Source of the DNA: an uncultured virus (IMG/VR IMGVR_UViG_3300025937_000005)
Taxonomy: Duplodnaviria; Heunggongvirae; Uroviricota; Caudoviricetes
Direction: 5' to 3' (one strand)
Length of the DNA stretch: 20,646 bases
Virus record (IMG/VR): IMGVR_UViG_3300025937_000005
The position numbers were made by a program, and so were the translations under genes. The notes beneath the pieces were generated by a model that was not told where the DNA came from, did not search any database, and saw nothing but the letters and a program-made list of their open reading frames with translations. Below, one piece after another: positions 9,138 to 17,232 of this stretch (its first letter is position 1; each line of letters begins with the position of its first letter).

Positions 9138-9280
9138 TTCCTGTCGTTTGTTTTCCAGTATACAACCCTGTCAACCATACAGCCATCTGATATAATGGCC
9201 TCAACATGCCAAGCAAGTTGTTCACACATTTGGTCATAATCCACATACCGGTTCATCAAGTTATCCCTATACAAAACCAT
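9086..9280 (-). CDS. Hypothetical protein
   Basis: 64 aa; the ATG directly follows the upstream TGA. Confidence 0.6.
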   Translation of the reverse strand: MVLYRDNLMNRYVDYDQMCEQLAWHVEAIISDGCMVDRVVYWKTNDRKWEALITYKRPEKLTQK

Positions 9281-9442
9281 TCAACCGCAATTTATGCATA
9301 CAACCTTGTCCTCATTAGCCGGCCCACCCAACATATATGCAACAACACATGTGTCAGCGGAACACACCTCAGTATTGCAGTTAAGGCATTTACGAGAGGC
9401 GTCAAACAGGCCACAGATGTCACACTTCTTTTTCACTGTCAT
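9281..9442 (-). CDS. 53-aa eight-cysteine microprotein (absent from the ORF track)
   Basis: MTVKKKCDICGLFDASRKCLNCNTEVCSADTCVVAYMLGGPANEDKVVCINCG; TAATG overlap upstream, and it exactly fills the operon gap. Confidence 0.8.
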   Translation of the reverse strand: MTVKKKCDICGLFDASRKCLNCNTEVCSADTCVVAYMLGGPANEDKVVCINCG

Positions 9443-9849
9443 TACTGCAATACCTTTTTCTTTCCTGTTATTCGCTGTTTTTCTGTCGGGTTGTTTAGTT
9501 TGTATATGGTTTCCATTTCAACATTGGTGTATTCCCTGTCCCTGATTTTAGATGTCCTTTGTCGTTTTGGCTCTGTTATTGTTTGTGGTGGATTGGCCGG
9601 GTCAATATACAATGCAGACGGGATTACCTTGACAAGCCCAAGCCGCGCAAAATCCTCATTCTCCGGATGGTTTTTCAGTTCACTTCTGTCTTCCCTAAAC
9701 TCGTCAATATCCGGCGGGATTTCTGATGCCTGCTCCGCCGTTGTTACACTTCTGATATGGGTATAGTATCTGCTTAACTCATCCTCAAACTCGATGTCTA
9801 TCTTTCTGGGTTTGTTTCCATTTATATTATAAAAGTTAAACCAACTCAT
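9442..9849 (-). CDS. Hypothetical protein
   Basis: 135 aa, abutting both neighbours in the minus-strand operon. Confidence 0.7.
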   Translation of the reverse strand: MSWFNFYNINGNKPRKIDIEFEDELSRYYTHIRSVTTAEQASEIPPDIDEFREDRSELKNHPENEDFARLGLVKVIPSALYIDPANPPQTITEPKRQRTSKIRDREYTNVEMETIYKLNNPTEKQRITGKKKVLQ

Positions 9850-10227
9850 CTAGGCATCAATACCCCTTCTTTTTTGCGCTTCCTTCATCTTGGCTGCCAA
9901 CAGATTTTTTCTGTCCAATGCCTCTTGGTCTATTATCTCCAACATCAGGTTAAACTCACGGTTATTCAATTTCTGGAAATATTTCAGTATGTCCCCCTTT
10001 TCCTTCTGGCCATTGAGTTCCTCCAACTGTTTTTTCCATATCGGGTCCGGTGTCTTTTTCACCTTTTCCATAAACTTCAACGCAAACTCAAGAAGGTCAT
10101 GCATGCAACTGCTTCGTGATGCATAATCATTCTCCCTTGCAAACTCATCCAACTTGTTAAGCAAAGACAGTTTAACATTGGTGTGAACCAGTGCCACCGC
10201 ATCCAATTGACTATTTCTCATTTTCAT
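9850..10227 (-). CDS. Ribbon-helix-helix (CopG/NikR-N-like) regulator with a helical C-terminus
   Basis: VHTNVKLSLLNKLDEFARENDYASRSSCMHDLLEFAL. Confidence 0.8.
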   Translation of the reverse strand: MKMRNSQLDAVALVHTNVKLSLLNKLDEFARENDYASRSSCMHDLLEFALKFMEKVKKTPDPIWKKQLEELNGQKEKGDILKYFQKLNNREFNLMLEIIDQEALDRKNLLAAKMKEAQKRRGIDA

Positions 10228-10245
10228 TTCATAAATTAAGCCTCG

Positions 10246-10269
10246 TATATAGTATATTTATACTATATA
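10246..10269. promoter_or_regulatory. 24-bp palindrome upstream of the RHH gene (candidate operator)
   Basis: TATATAGTATA-TT-TATACTATATA, with perfect 11-bp arms. Confidence 0.6.
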
Positions 10270-10364
10270 ATATATACTTTTACTAATTATTATATTGGGT
10301 TTTTTCCACTTACTGTCAGGAAACGGAGGGGTCTACTATATAAGATTAATCCATATCAGTTTAT

Positions 10365-10392
10365 ACCTTAGTAAAATCATTTTACTAAGCAG
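10365..10392. repeat. 28-bp palindromic element, copy 1
   Basis: ACCTTAGTAAAATCATTTTACTAAGCAG; perfect arms CTTAGTAAAAT-C-ATTTTACTAAG (10367-10389), between TTTATA (10360) and the ATG (10399). Confidence 0.85.
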
Positions 10393-10398
10393 ATAAAA

Positions 10399-10752
10399 AT
10401 GATAGACAAGTTGAAGGATATGCACCTCAAGCAAAACAAACTCCAAAAGGTGGTGAGGGAAAACCATCATAAGTCATGGTTTTACCAGCAGGAAAGGTTT
10501 GTTGGGGCCAGGCTATACGACATCTGCTCCAACTTGATATCCGAGGTTTCCGAACTGCAAAACGAGACAAACTGGAAATATTGGAAAACCCCGAAGGAGA
10601 TAGACAAGGCAAAGGTGGCGGATGAGATAGCCGACATAGACCACTTTGTGACCCAACTCTGTCTGGAAATGGGGATAGACGCAGACCAGCGATACAAAAA
10701 CTATCTCGCCAAAAACAAAATAAACTTAAAGAGGCAGGCCGAACATTACTGA
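10399..10752 (+). CDS. All-alpha NTP pyrophosphohydrolase (dimeric dUTPase / MazG-like)
   Basis: SEVSEL.NE..WKYWK, DEIADIDHF, YLAKNKINLKRQ...Y. Confidence 0.88.
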   Translation: MIDKLKDMHLKQNKLQKVVRENHHKSWFYQQERFVGARLYDICSNLISEVSELQNETNWKYWKTPKEIDKAKVADEIADIDHFVTQLCLEMGIDADQRYKNYLAKNKINLKRQAEHY

Positions 10753-10940
10753 TGACAGAATATTGTTGTGATTCATTAAAAAGATGTGTAGAGGATGAGC
10801 AATGTGTGAACACAAATTTAGAGAACATACCTTGGATAAAGTTTCATACCTATGTTGACTTTAGAAAACTGGGGAAGGATTTTAAGTTAGACAAACCATT
10901 TGTGTTCTTTTACTGTCCATTCTGCGGTAAAAAGTTATAA
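10752..10940 (+). CDS. Small CC...CPFCG protein, paralog 1
   Basis: YCCDSL...FYCPFCGKKL; TGATG overlap. Confidence 0.75.
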   Translation: MTEYCCDSLKRCVEDEQCVNTNLENIPWIKFHTYVDFRKLGKDFKLDKPFVFFYCPFCGKKL

Positions 10941-11140
10941 TGGATAAAGAAGAAGCAGAACAGCAGACACTTTTATGCTGTAGGGAGATGGACCAGTATA
11001 TCGAGCAGGGATATGTGCAAAGGTCACGCGGCTTTAAGTTTTATACTGCATGTTTATGGAACGGTGAGTTTAGAAAGGAGTTGAGTTTCCATAGGAATGC
11101 TGTGATAAAATTCTGTCCATTCTGCGGGACCAAACTGTAA
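10940..11140 (+). CDS. Small CC...CPFCG protein, paralog 2
   Basis: LCCREM...KFCPFCGTKL; TAATG overlap. Confidence 0.75.
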   Translation: MDKEEAEQQTLLCCREMDQYIEQGYVQRSRGFKFYTACLWNGEFRKELSFHRNAVIKFCPFCGTKL

Positions 11141-11176
11141 TCTTTTTTAATAGCAATAGTTAACAATAGAGTTATA

Positions 11177-12379
11177 GTGACCTATAACCCTAGTAACCAA
11201 AGTAACTCAGGTTCAACCAACAACTCATCAACAACACTGTCATCCACCTCAACAACCGAATCAAGTGAACTGGTAAACGGCTCCATCCTGGGCCGGCTCC
11301 TCACCTCACCATACATAAGAAACAAGGTGGACCAGATAAAGCAGGATGACGAGTATATCAATGAAAATAATTTAAAAATGTCTGACCGCCGCCGAAACAA
11401 CATCATGGACATTGCCGAGTATTTGGAAAGCGAGATGAGCAATGCAGGTCAAAATTTTATGGTATCCGAGATATCAAGGATAATAACACGCATTTTCGAA
11501 AGAATGGGAATCGAGAAATACTCCTACCTTATTCTGGAAGTTTTACCGGACAAATATAAGGATAAGTCAAAAGACGCCTACAAGAACCTACAGTCAAGGC
11601 TGGCCGCAAACAAGATAAAAAGGCACATCAATGAAATCAAGTCAATAGACAAGAAACTGCTGGATGCCAACACACTAAGGGAACTGAAATCAATACTGTT
11701 TGAGATACCTGATGAGTATGACCGGGAGTTATTGGTCAGGGATGAGCCGCTTACAATCGAGACTGGCTCCTATTCCAACCACCACAACGAATTAGACACC
11801 TTGAAGGAAATGGAGGAAAACAGGTTCAAGAAGGCCTCCATCGGCGCACCATTGTCAACAGCAGAGGAGTTGTGTCAAAAGGACAAGGAGTATGCGGCCC
11901 TCTATCCAGAACTTGTGAAGACACTGGACCAGATGGTAAGGGGCATGGAAATAGTAAGGGACTGGTTCACCAAGCAATACCCACCCCTCAACGTCACAGA
12001 CCTAAAAGATTTAACGAAGGGATTCAAGATGTGGAACGAGTGGTGGAGGCCCTACTATGACAAGAAATACAGAAGGGACCACACCCAATCCATACAGATA
12101 GCATGCACCAGGCAGCGACACACGTCAACAAAGGCCAGTCACGAGTCACAAATTCCCTGCGCTCACTACCTGGATAAGAACGGATTGCCAGTGATGCGGG
12201 GCATGACAAAGGAGCAGATAGATGCAATGTATGAGTGGGAAATCAACTATGTCCTTGAACTGATAAACACGTTTGTCAATTGGGGGCCTCTCATATCCAG
12301 GGTCAATGCCTCTCATGGTGGACGTTGCAAGGAAGACAGAGCAATCGCTCTATCAGACACCCTTTCCCACCACGCATAA
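11177..12379 (+). CDS. Hypothetical alpha-helical protein, 400 aa
   Basis: Long ORF with a Ser/Thr-rich N-terminus and no recognised motif; the start is uncertain. Confidence 0.8.
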   Translation: MTYNPSNQSNSGSTNNSSTTLSSTSTTESSELVNGSILGRLLTSPYIRNKVDQIKQDDEYINENNLKMSDRRRNNIMDIAEYLESEMSNAGQNFMVSEISRIITRIFERMGIEKYSYLILEVLPDKYKDKSKDAYKNLQSRLAANKIKRHINEIKSIDKKLLDANTLRELKSILFEIPDEYDRELLVRDEPLTIETGSYSNHHNELDTLKEMEENRFKKASIGAPLSTAEELCQKDKEYAALYPELVKTLDQMVRGMEIVRDWFTKQYPPLNVTDLKDLTKGFKMWNEWWRPYYDKKYRRDHTQSIQIACTRQRHTSTKASHESQIPCAHYLDKNGLPVMRGMTKEQIDAMYEWEINYVLELINTFVNWGPLISRVNASHGGRCKEDRAIALSDTLSHHA

Positions 12380-12417
12380 ATACCCCACCCCACCTCAATT
12401 TTTATTGTTAACAATAG

Positions 12418-12924
12418 ATGATGCCAAAGAAAAACATAAAGGGCGAACTGAAAAAATACAAAAAAAAACCTACTGAAACAAAGCAGCAGCCAAGGGGCAG
12501 GCCCCCCGCCATACCAACCAAAGAGGTGGTTAATGGCAACCTTTTACCGATTGAGAAAAACAATAATAATAATAATGATGAAGAAATTATCATCGAGTCA
12601 ACACCACCACCAATAATAACAAAAGAAACTAACACCATCCCAAAAATACCAAACAGGACGCATGAATTCCTGGATGCCGGTGGTTCGTGGGCCATGCTTG
12701 AACTTCAATACAAGAGGGAAAAGATGGATGGTGTAATAGCCCAGGAGGAGGAAAGGATAAGAAATGTAACCGACCCCAACACCTTGATATCCAACTACCA
12801 GCGAACTATATACCTAAACTGCGGCCACAAGGTTACATCATGCATCAACAACATTAAACTTGACTCCTTCTACTATTGTTTTGAATGCGTCCTCTTTAAG
12901 AAAATAAGCGAGGTTGTATACTAG
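12418..12924 (+). CDS. Hypothetical protein with an AT-hook-like motif and C-terminal Cys/His motif
   Basis: Basic N-terminus with PRGRP, a poly-Asn run and LNCGH...CFEC. Confidence 0.7.
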   Translation: MMPKKNIKGELKKYKKKPTETKQQPRGRPPAIPTKEVVNGNLLPIEKNNNNNNDEEIIIESTPPPIITKETNTIPKIPNRTHEFLDAGGSWAMLELQYKREKMDGVIAQEEERIRNVTDPNTLISNYQRTIYLNCGHKVTSCINNIKLDSFYYCFECVLFKKISEVVY

Positions 12925-12926
12925 AA

Positions 12927-13505
12927 ATGCTTGACCTAAAACTTGAAAAGGTAAACATCAACACACTCATACCAAGAGAGGACAACCCTAATGAGATGAC
13001 GGAGGAAAGGCTGGAATCACTAAAACACTCCCTTGACACCTTTCAATACATACAGCCCATCATAGTTGACCAGCACAACAACATAGTGGACGGCAACCAT
13101 CGTTGGAAGGCAATGATGCAGATGGATGATATTGGTGTAACTGACGAAATCGATGTTGTCCGGGTCAACCTGGAAACGGAGGAGGACTTGAAACTGCTGT
13201 CCCAAACCATGAACAAGTTGCGTGGCTCCCACAACCTGAAAAAAGACATATCAGAGATGGAAATATTGATGGGCCACAACCCGGATGAACTGAAATCACT
13301 GTTGGGATTTGATGAAACCGGGCTGGACTTGATGAGACAGCAGGCCGCAGAGGAAGAACAACGAATATCCAATATTTTAACAAAAGATGAGAATAATGAA
13401 AACATCAATAATGATGATGAAAATGATGAAAATGATGATGAACAGAAGGAATTAGACGAGATTATAACAAATCATAAATGCCCAAAGTGCAATTATGAAT
13501 GGTAG
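12927..13505 (+). CDS. ParB/Srx N-terminal domain protein with a C-terminal CPKC knuckle
   Basis: INTLIP.EDNPNEM, SLDTF..IQPIIVD, IVDGNHRWKA, MNKLRG, HKCPKCNYEW. Confidence 0.88.
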   Translation: MLDLKLEKVNINTLIPREDNPNEMTEERLESLKHSLDTFQYIQPIIVDQHNNIVDGNHRWKAMMQMDDIGVTDEIDVVRVNLETEEDLKLLSQTMNKLRGSHNLKKDISEMEILMGHNPDELKSLLGFDETGLDLMRQQAAEEEQRISNILTKDENNENINNDDENDENDDEQKELDEIITNHKCPKCNYEW

Positions 13506-14515
13506 TAGATAAAAAACCAAATGTAATCTCTTTTTTCTGTGGTTGTGGTGGTTCATCACTTGGTTATAAAAGGGCTGAATGCAATATCCTGTTGGCATCT
13601 GACTGGGAGAAAAAGGCATTGGATATCTATAAACATAACTTTCCAGAAACACAGATATTTCAGGCTGATATTCGTGTTGTTAACTTGGATGTTATAACTA
13701 ATCTAACGGGAATAAAAAAAGGTGAACTGGATATATTGGATGGTTCACCACCATGCACACCATTTTCTACATGTGGATTACGTGAACAGGGATGGGGTAA
13801 ATCCTATATTCATTCAGCAGACACAAAACCACAAAAAGCTGATGACCTTTTCTTTGAGTTTATTCGTCTTATAGATGAATTAAAACCAAAAACCTTTGTG
13901 GCTGAAAATGTATCAGGATTGATAAAGGGAACAGCAAAGGGATATTATAAGCAGATTATACAGCAAATGAAAGATATTGGATATAATACACAGAGTTTTT
14001 TATTAAATGCCGCTGATTATGAAGTTCCACAAAGAAGAGAAAGAGTCATAATTATTGGGTTTCGGAATGACATTAAGCAAGATGAATCTATTGTCTTAAA
14101 AAAGTTTCCATATCGAATTAGTTTTAGAAAGGCTGTAGAAGGGTTAAAAAATTCTGATGATGAACTAGAACATGCAAGAAAATTATCAAGAAGTTTTCTG
14201 AAACAATACATTTCAATATTACCAATGGGAAAAAACCTTTCAAGATTTCATAAAAAAGGCCATCATTTTAACACAAAAAGAGAATCATTTGACAAACCAA
14301 TTTCCACTATAATAGCATCAAGTTTGTCATTGGTTCATCCCAGTGAAAACAGGTATTTAACACTGGCAGAAGTAAAGCGGTGTGCCACGTTTTCTGATGA
14401 CTTTTGGTTTCCATCAATTAAGGCTGGTTGTGAACGCATTGGCAATTCAGTACCACCAAACCTGATGAAGCATATTGCCAAGTATGTCATTAAACGTGCA
14501 AATTTGGACAAATAA
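13499..14515 (+). CDS. DNA (cytosine-5)-methyltransferase
   Basis: Motif I SFFCGCGG, IV DGSPPCTPFS, VI AENVSG, VIII PQRRER, IX RYLT.AE, X IGNSVPP. Confidence 0.96.
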   Translation: MVVDKKPNVISFFCGCGGSSLGYKRAECNILLASDWEKKALDIYKHNFPETQIFQADIRVVNLDVITNLTGIKKGELDILDGSPPCTPFSTCGLREQGWGKSYIHSADTKPQKADDLFFEFIRLIDELKPKTFVAENVSGLIKGTAKGYYKQIIQQMKDIGYNTQSFLLNAADYEVPQRRERVIIIGFRNDIKQDESIVLKKFPYRISFRKAVEGLKNSDDELEHARKLSRSFLKQYISILPMGKNLSRFHKKGHHFNTKRESFDKPISTIIASSLSLVHPSENRYLTLAEVKRCATFSDDFWFPSIKAGCERIGNSVPPNLMKHIAKYVIKRANLDK

Positions 14516-14543
14516 ATATTAATAGGCTAAAAAAAGAAAAAGA

Positions 14544-14765
14544 ATGCCAAAACTTTCTTGTAAAGATTTATGCCTAAATGAGCAGTTCAAGCATTGTCAT
14601 ATAAAGAGATATGAGCAGGGATTCAGGCAATGCATAACCTGCAACATCTGCTACAAGCCGGGGCCAAACCAGCCCCGCCTAAACTGCTACTGCTGCGGAA
14701 ACATGCTCCGCACCCGACCACAAAACAAGAGAAACTACCGACATCATATGGTGTATATAGAGTAA
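14544..14765 (+). CDS. Small Cys-rich protein (RY..G...CxxC...CxCC...LRTRP family)
   Basis: CKDLC...RYEQGFRQCITC...CYCCGNMLRTRP. Confidence 0.8.
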   Translation: MPKLSCKDLCLNEQFKHCHIKRYEQGFRQCITCNICYKPGPNQPRLNCYCCGNMLRTRPQNKRNYRHHMVYIE

Positions 14766-15046
14766 TGCGTTTTACCAGAAAACACCACCAGCAAAACATA
14801 GTGAAGGATGACAAGTTCACCAACAGAAAGGAGGACAAGGAAATACTGGAGCCGGAAATATTCGAAAACGTCATGCAGTTCTGCATCAACACACCAACAT
14901 TCCAACTTGTGGTCAGGGAAGGCGACAAATACGGTATAGAGGAAATAGTGGAAACCGCCAACTACTTCACCTTTGTCTCAAAGGGGGGCCGTGCCCACAA
15001 CTGCATCAAGTATGATGAGGTTATTAACTTTGAATTTGAACTCTGA
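14765..15046 (+). CDS. Hypothetical protein
   Basis: The ATG at 14765 sits in a TAATG overlap (MRFTRKHH...) and is preferred over the track start at 14630. Confidence 0.65.
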   Translation: MRFTRKHHQQNIVKDDKFTNRKEDKEILEPEIFENVMQFCINTPTFQLVVREGDKYGIEEIVETANYFTFVSKGGRAHNCIKYDEVINFEFEL

Positions 15047-15383
15047 CGACAATAACAACGCATATCCATCAGACCTACCCCGCACAAAACTTGAACTGGA
15101 ATTAAGGTTCTATATCGAATATGATGCCGATGTGTCTACCATAGAGAGGTTTATGGAGAAAAACGGATACCATTCAATCTCTTCCCGATTTCCAAAGTTT
15201 TCTGAAACGGAACAACCCCCCATCGCATGCATAAACACATTCAAGATACTCAAGAATGACCAGACGGAGGACCACAACAGTATAGGCAAGGAAATCAACT
15301 CCATGATACGAAAACTGGACAAACTAAACATGAAATACAACCACCTTTTCGAGGAAGTCAACTTTTCCATAGGGTTATACTGA
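15030..15383 (+). CDS. Hypothetical protein
   Basis: Open frame 14973-15383; the start is uncertain (ATG 15012/15015 or TTG 15030/15036). Confidence 0.6.
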   Translation: MNLNSDDNNNAYPSDLPRTKLELELRFYIEYDADVSTIERFMEKNGYHSISSRFPKFSETEQPPIACINTFKILKNDQTEDHNSIGKEINSMIRKLDKLNMKYNHLFEEVNFSIGLY

Positions 15384-15397
15384 TTCATGCATGTAAA

Positions 15398-15425
15398 ACC
15401 TTAGTCAAATCATTTTACTAAGCAG
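15398..15425. repeat. 28-bp palindromic element, copy 2
   Basis: ACCTTAGTCAAATCATTTTACTAAGCAG; 27/28 identical to 10365-10392. Confidence 0.85.
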
Positions 15426-15467
15426 TATATTCCCAATTTCCTGAATTACCCTCATATTATTATAAAC

Positions 15468-15500
15468 TTATATACCTCGGTAACTAGTTAATTAAGTAAG
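15468..15500 (+). promoter_or_regulatory. TATA-like box followed by an octamer array
   Basis: TTATATA-CC-TCGGTAAC TAGTTAAT TAAGTAAG; ATG at 15509. Confidence 0.6.
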
Positions 15501-15508
15501 TAATAGAA

Positions 15509-15865
15509 ATGGTAATCGAATACAAGTTTTTCGGTGGATATATACAATCTGACCTGGAAGCCAAACTCTTCAAGTTCACAAATGACAATGACATACGCTC
15601 AGATGAAATCATAAAGATAACACACACATCTACTCATATAGTTGAACATGATAATGAAGGTGACACCATACCATCAATATATGAGTCAGTGATGCTGGTC
15701 TACCAGCGGGTTATGACAGAGGAAGAGAAGCATGCGTATTTTGTGAAAATCAGGGAAAAACACGAAAAAAACCGGGCCACTGCAACAAATACAGCCAAAA
15801 TAACATTACCCAACCTAACATCAGGAGAGGACATAACATGGTCAATCAAAGACATAAAGGGCTGA
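15509..15865 (+). CDS. Hypothetical protein
   Basis: 118 aa with a promoter upstream. Confidence 0.7.
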   Translation: MVIEYKFFGGYIQSDLEAKLFKFTNDNDIRSDEIIKITHTSTHIVEHDNEGDTIPSIYESVMLVYQRVMTEEEKHAYFVKIREKHEKNRATATNTAKITLPNLTSGEDITWSIKDIKG

Positions 15866-15898
15866 TTGTGGCAGGTATCAGGATATGGTGAGATACTA

Positions 15899-16090
15899 AT
15901 GAAATATATAACTAAATCTAAATTTCAAATCCATAAGTGTGATGAACAACCAGAGGGGCATCTCATTCAACACACCATTCGTGAATATGATGATGATGAA
16001 TATCACTGGTATGATTTTGATTACTATAATGACTTTGAGAAGGAAGTTAACTATTGCATGTGGTGTGGTTTAAAACTGAATAAGAAGTAA
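15899..16090 (+). CDS. Small protein ending YCMWCGLKL, related to the CPFCG paralogs
   Basis: HKC...VNYCMWCGLKL; start ATG 15899 (or TTG 15866). Confidence 0.65.
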   Translation: MKYITKSKFQIHKCDEQPEGHLIQHTIREYDDDEYHWYDFDYYNDFEKEVNYCMWCGLKLNKK

Positions 16091-16212
16091 AAAATAATCA
16101 AGAAGTATTTTAATTAAAACCCCATACCGAGTTTCCGAGGGTAATAGGTAACAAAAATAACAGGTTACTTAATATATTATTTTATTGTAATAACCCCTGT
16201 TATATTTTTATC

Positions 16213-17232
16213 ATGTCGGAAAATTCCAACTTAAATGAACCTACTACTCCTGTCAACATTCTAAACAAGTCAACAGACGCACCAAAACAGGGCCACTACA
16301 AGCCACCCCGCAAATATCCAAAGGAAGACCTGGTAATCCATCATATGTATCAGTTGACCACCCTGGAAAAGCAGAAGGTGAAAAACCTGTTTAGAGAGGC
16401 ATATATCAAGGGTTTCAGGATGGACCAGATACCCGAATTCATCTATATCAAGTCCAAACTAAACGTCACCTATGGGTTGGTATGCTCACTAAAGGAGCAG
16501 CAGAAGATAGACGACGGCTACTGGTTCTATGAGTTGGCCCGCGATTCCACCGCCTATTTATCTTGCTATCGCCTGGCCATAGACAAACTGGACCAACTGG
16601 AGAAAGAAATGTGGCTCCTAATCATGAACCCCAAGGTTGAGACATCAGTAAGGGTAATGGCCACAAAGGAAATTCATTCCATAATAAAGACGGGTGTTCT
16701 ATTGCTTAGAGACCTGCCCTTTATAACCAACCTGTCAAAGTTCTACGATTTATCGGAACTGGACCCCGACAAAAAAGGACTAAAAAAACTACAGTATGTG
16801 AAGGATAGGAATAACCCCAACAGTTATGACCCCCTAAAAAAGGAGTTTAACAAGTCGGATTTCGACGGGCTTAACTCTTCCCTGGTCCACAACATCATAG
16901 ACAACATAACAGACAAGAAAAGAATAGACAACGTGGACGCAGACGTAATAGAGGAAATGCAGTCCCAAATCCAGACATTGGGATATGACACCGACCCCGA
17001 CATACTGGAAAAGAAGGAAGCCCACCGCAAATCCATAGAGGACAAATACATAGAACAGAACCTGGCCACCCTGGACAAGGAGTTATCCAATGTCAAATCC
17101 GAAGACGAATCGAAGGTTATCAAAGCCGCCCAGGACTACAGAAAGACAATGGATTACTTAGACCAGATAGTTTCACCGGAGCATAGAGATGCAATCACCA
17201 GGATTAGGTCAATTACAGAAGATAAACAGTGA
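16213..17232 (+). CDS. Putative terminase small subunit
   Basis: Helical protein with an HTH-like N-terminal part, directly upstream of and overlapping TerL; the call is mainly positional. Confidence 0.5.
   Translation: MSENSNLNEPTTPVNILNKSTDAPKQGHYKPPRKYPKEDLVIHHMYQLTTLEKQKVKNLFREAYIKGFRMDQIPEFIYIKSKLNVTYGLVCSLKEQQKIDDGYWFYELARDSTAYLSCYRLAIDKLDQLEKEMWLLIMNPKVETSVRVMATKEIHSIIKTGVLLLRDLPFITNLSKFYDLSELDPDKKGLKKLQYVKDRNNPNSYDPLKKEFNKSDFDGLNSSLVHNIIDNITDKKRIDNVDADVIEEMQSQIQTLGYDTDPDILEKKEAHRKSIEDKYIEQNLATLDKELSNVKSEDESKVIKAAQDYRKTMDYLDQIVSPEHRDAITRIRSITEDKQ

Noticed and set aside
8191..10126. Plus-strand ORFs such as 9206-9766
   Set aside because: The minus strand is tiled by abutting genes with recognisable motifs.
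13385..13442. GATGAAAAT and AAT repeats as phase-variable tracts
   Set aside because: In-frame low-complexity Asp/Glu/Asn linker; unit lengths are multiples of three.
6495..14515. DUF559-like nuclease and methyltransferase as a restriction-modification pair
   Set aside because: They are more than 6 kb apart in different operons with no evidence of linkage.
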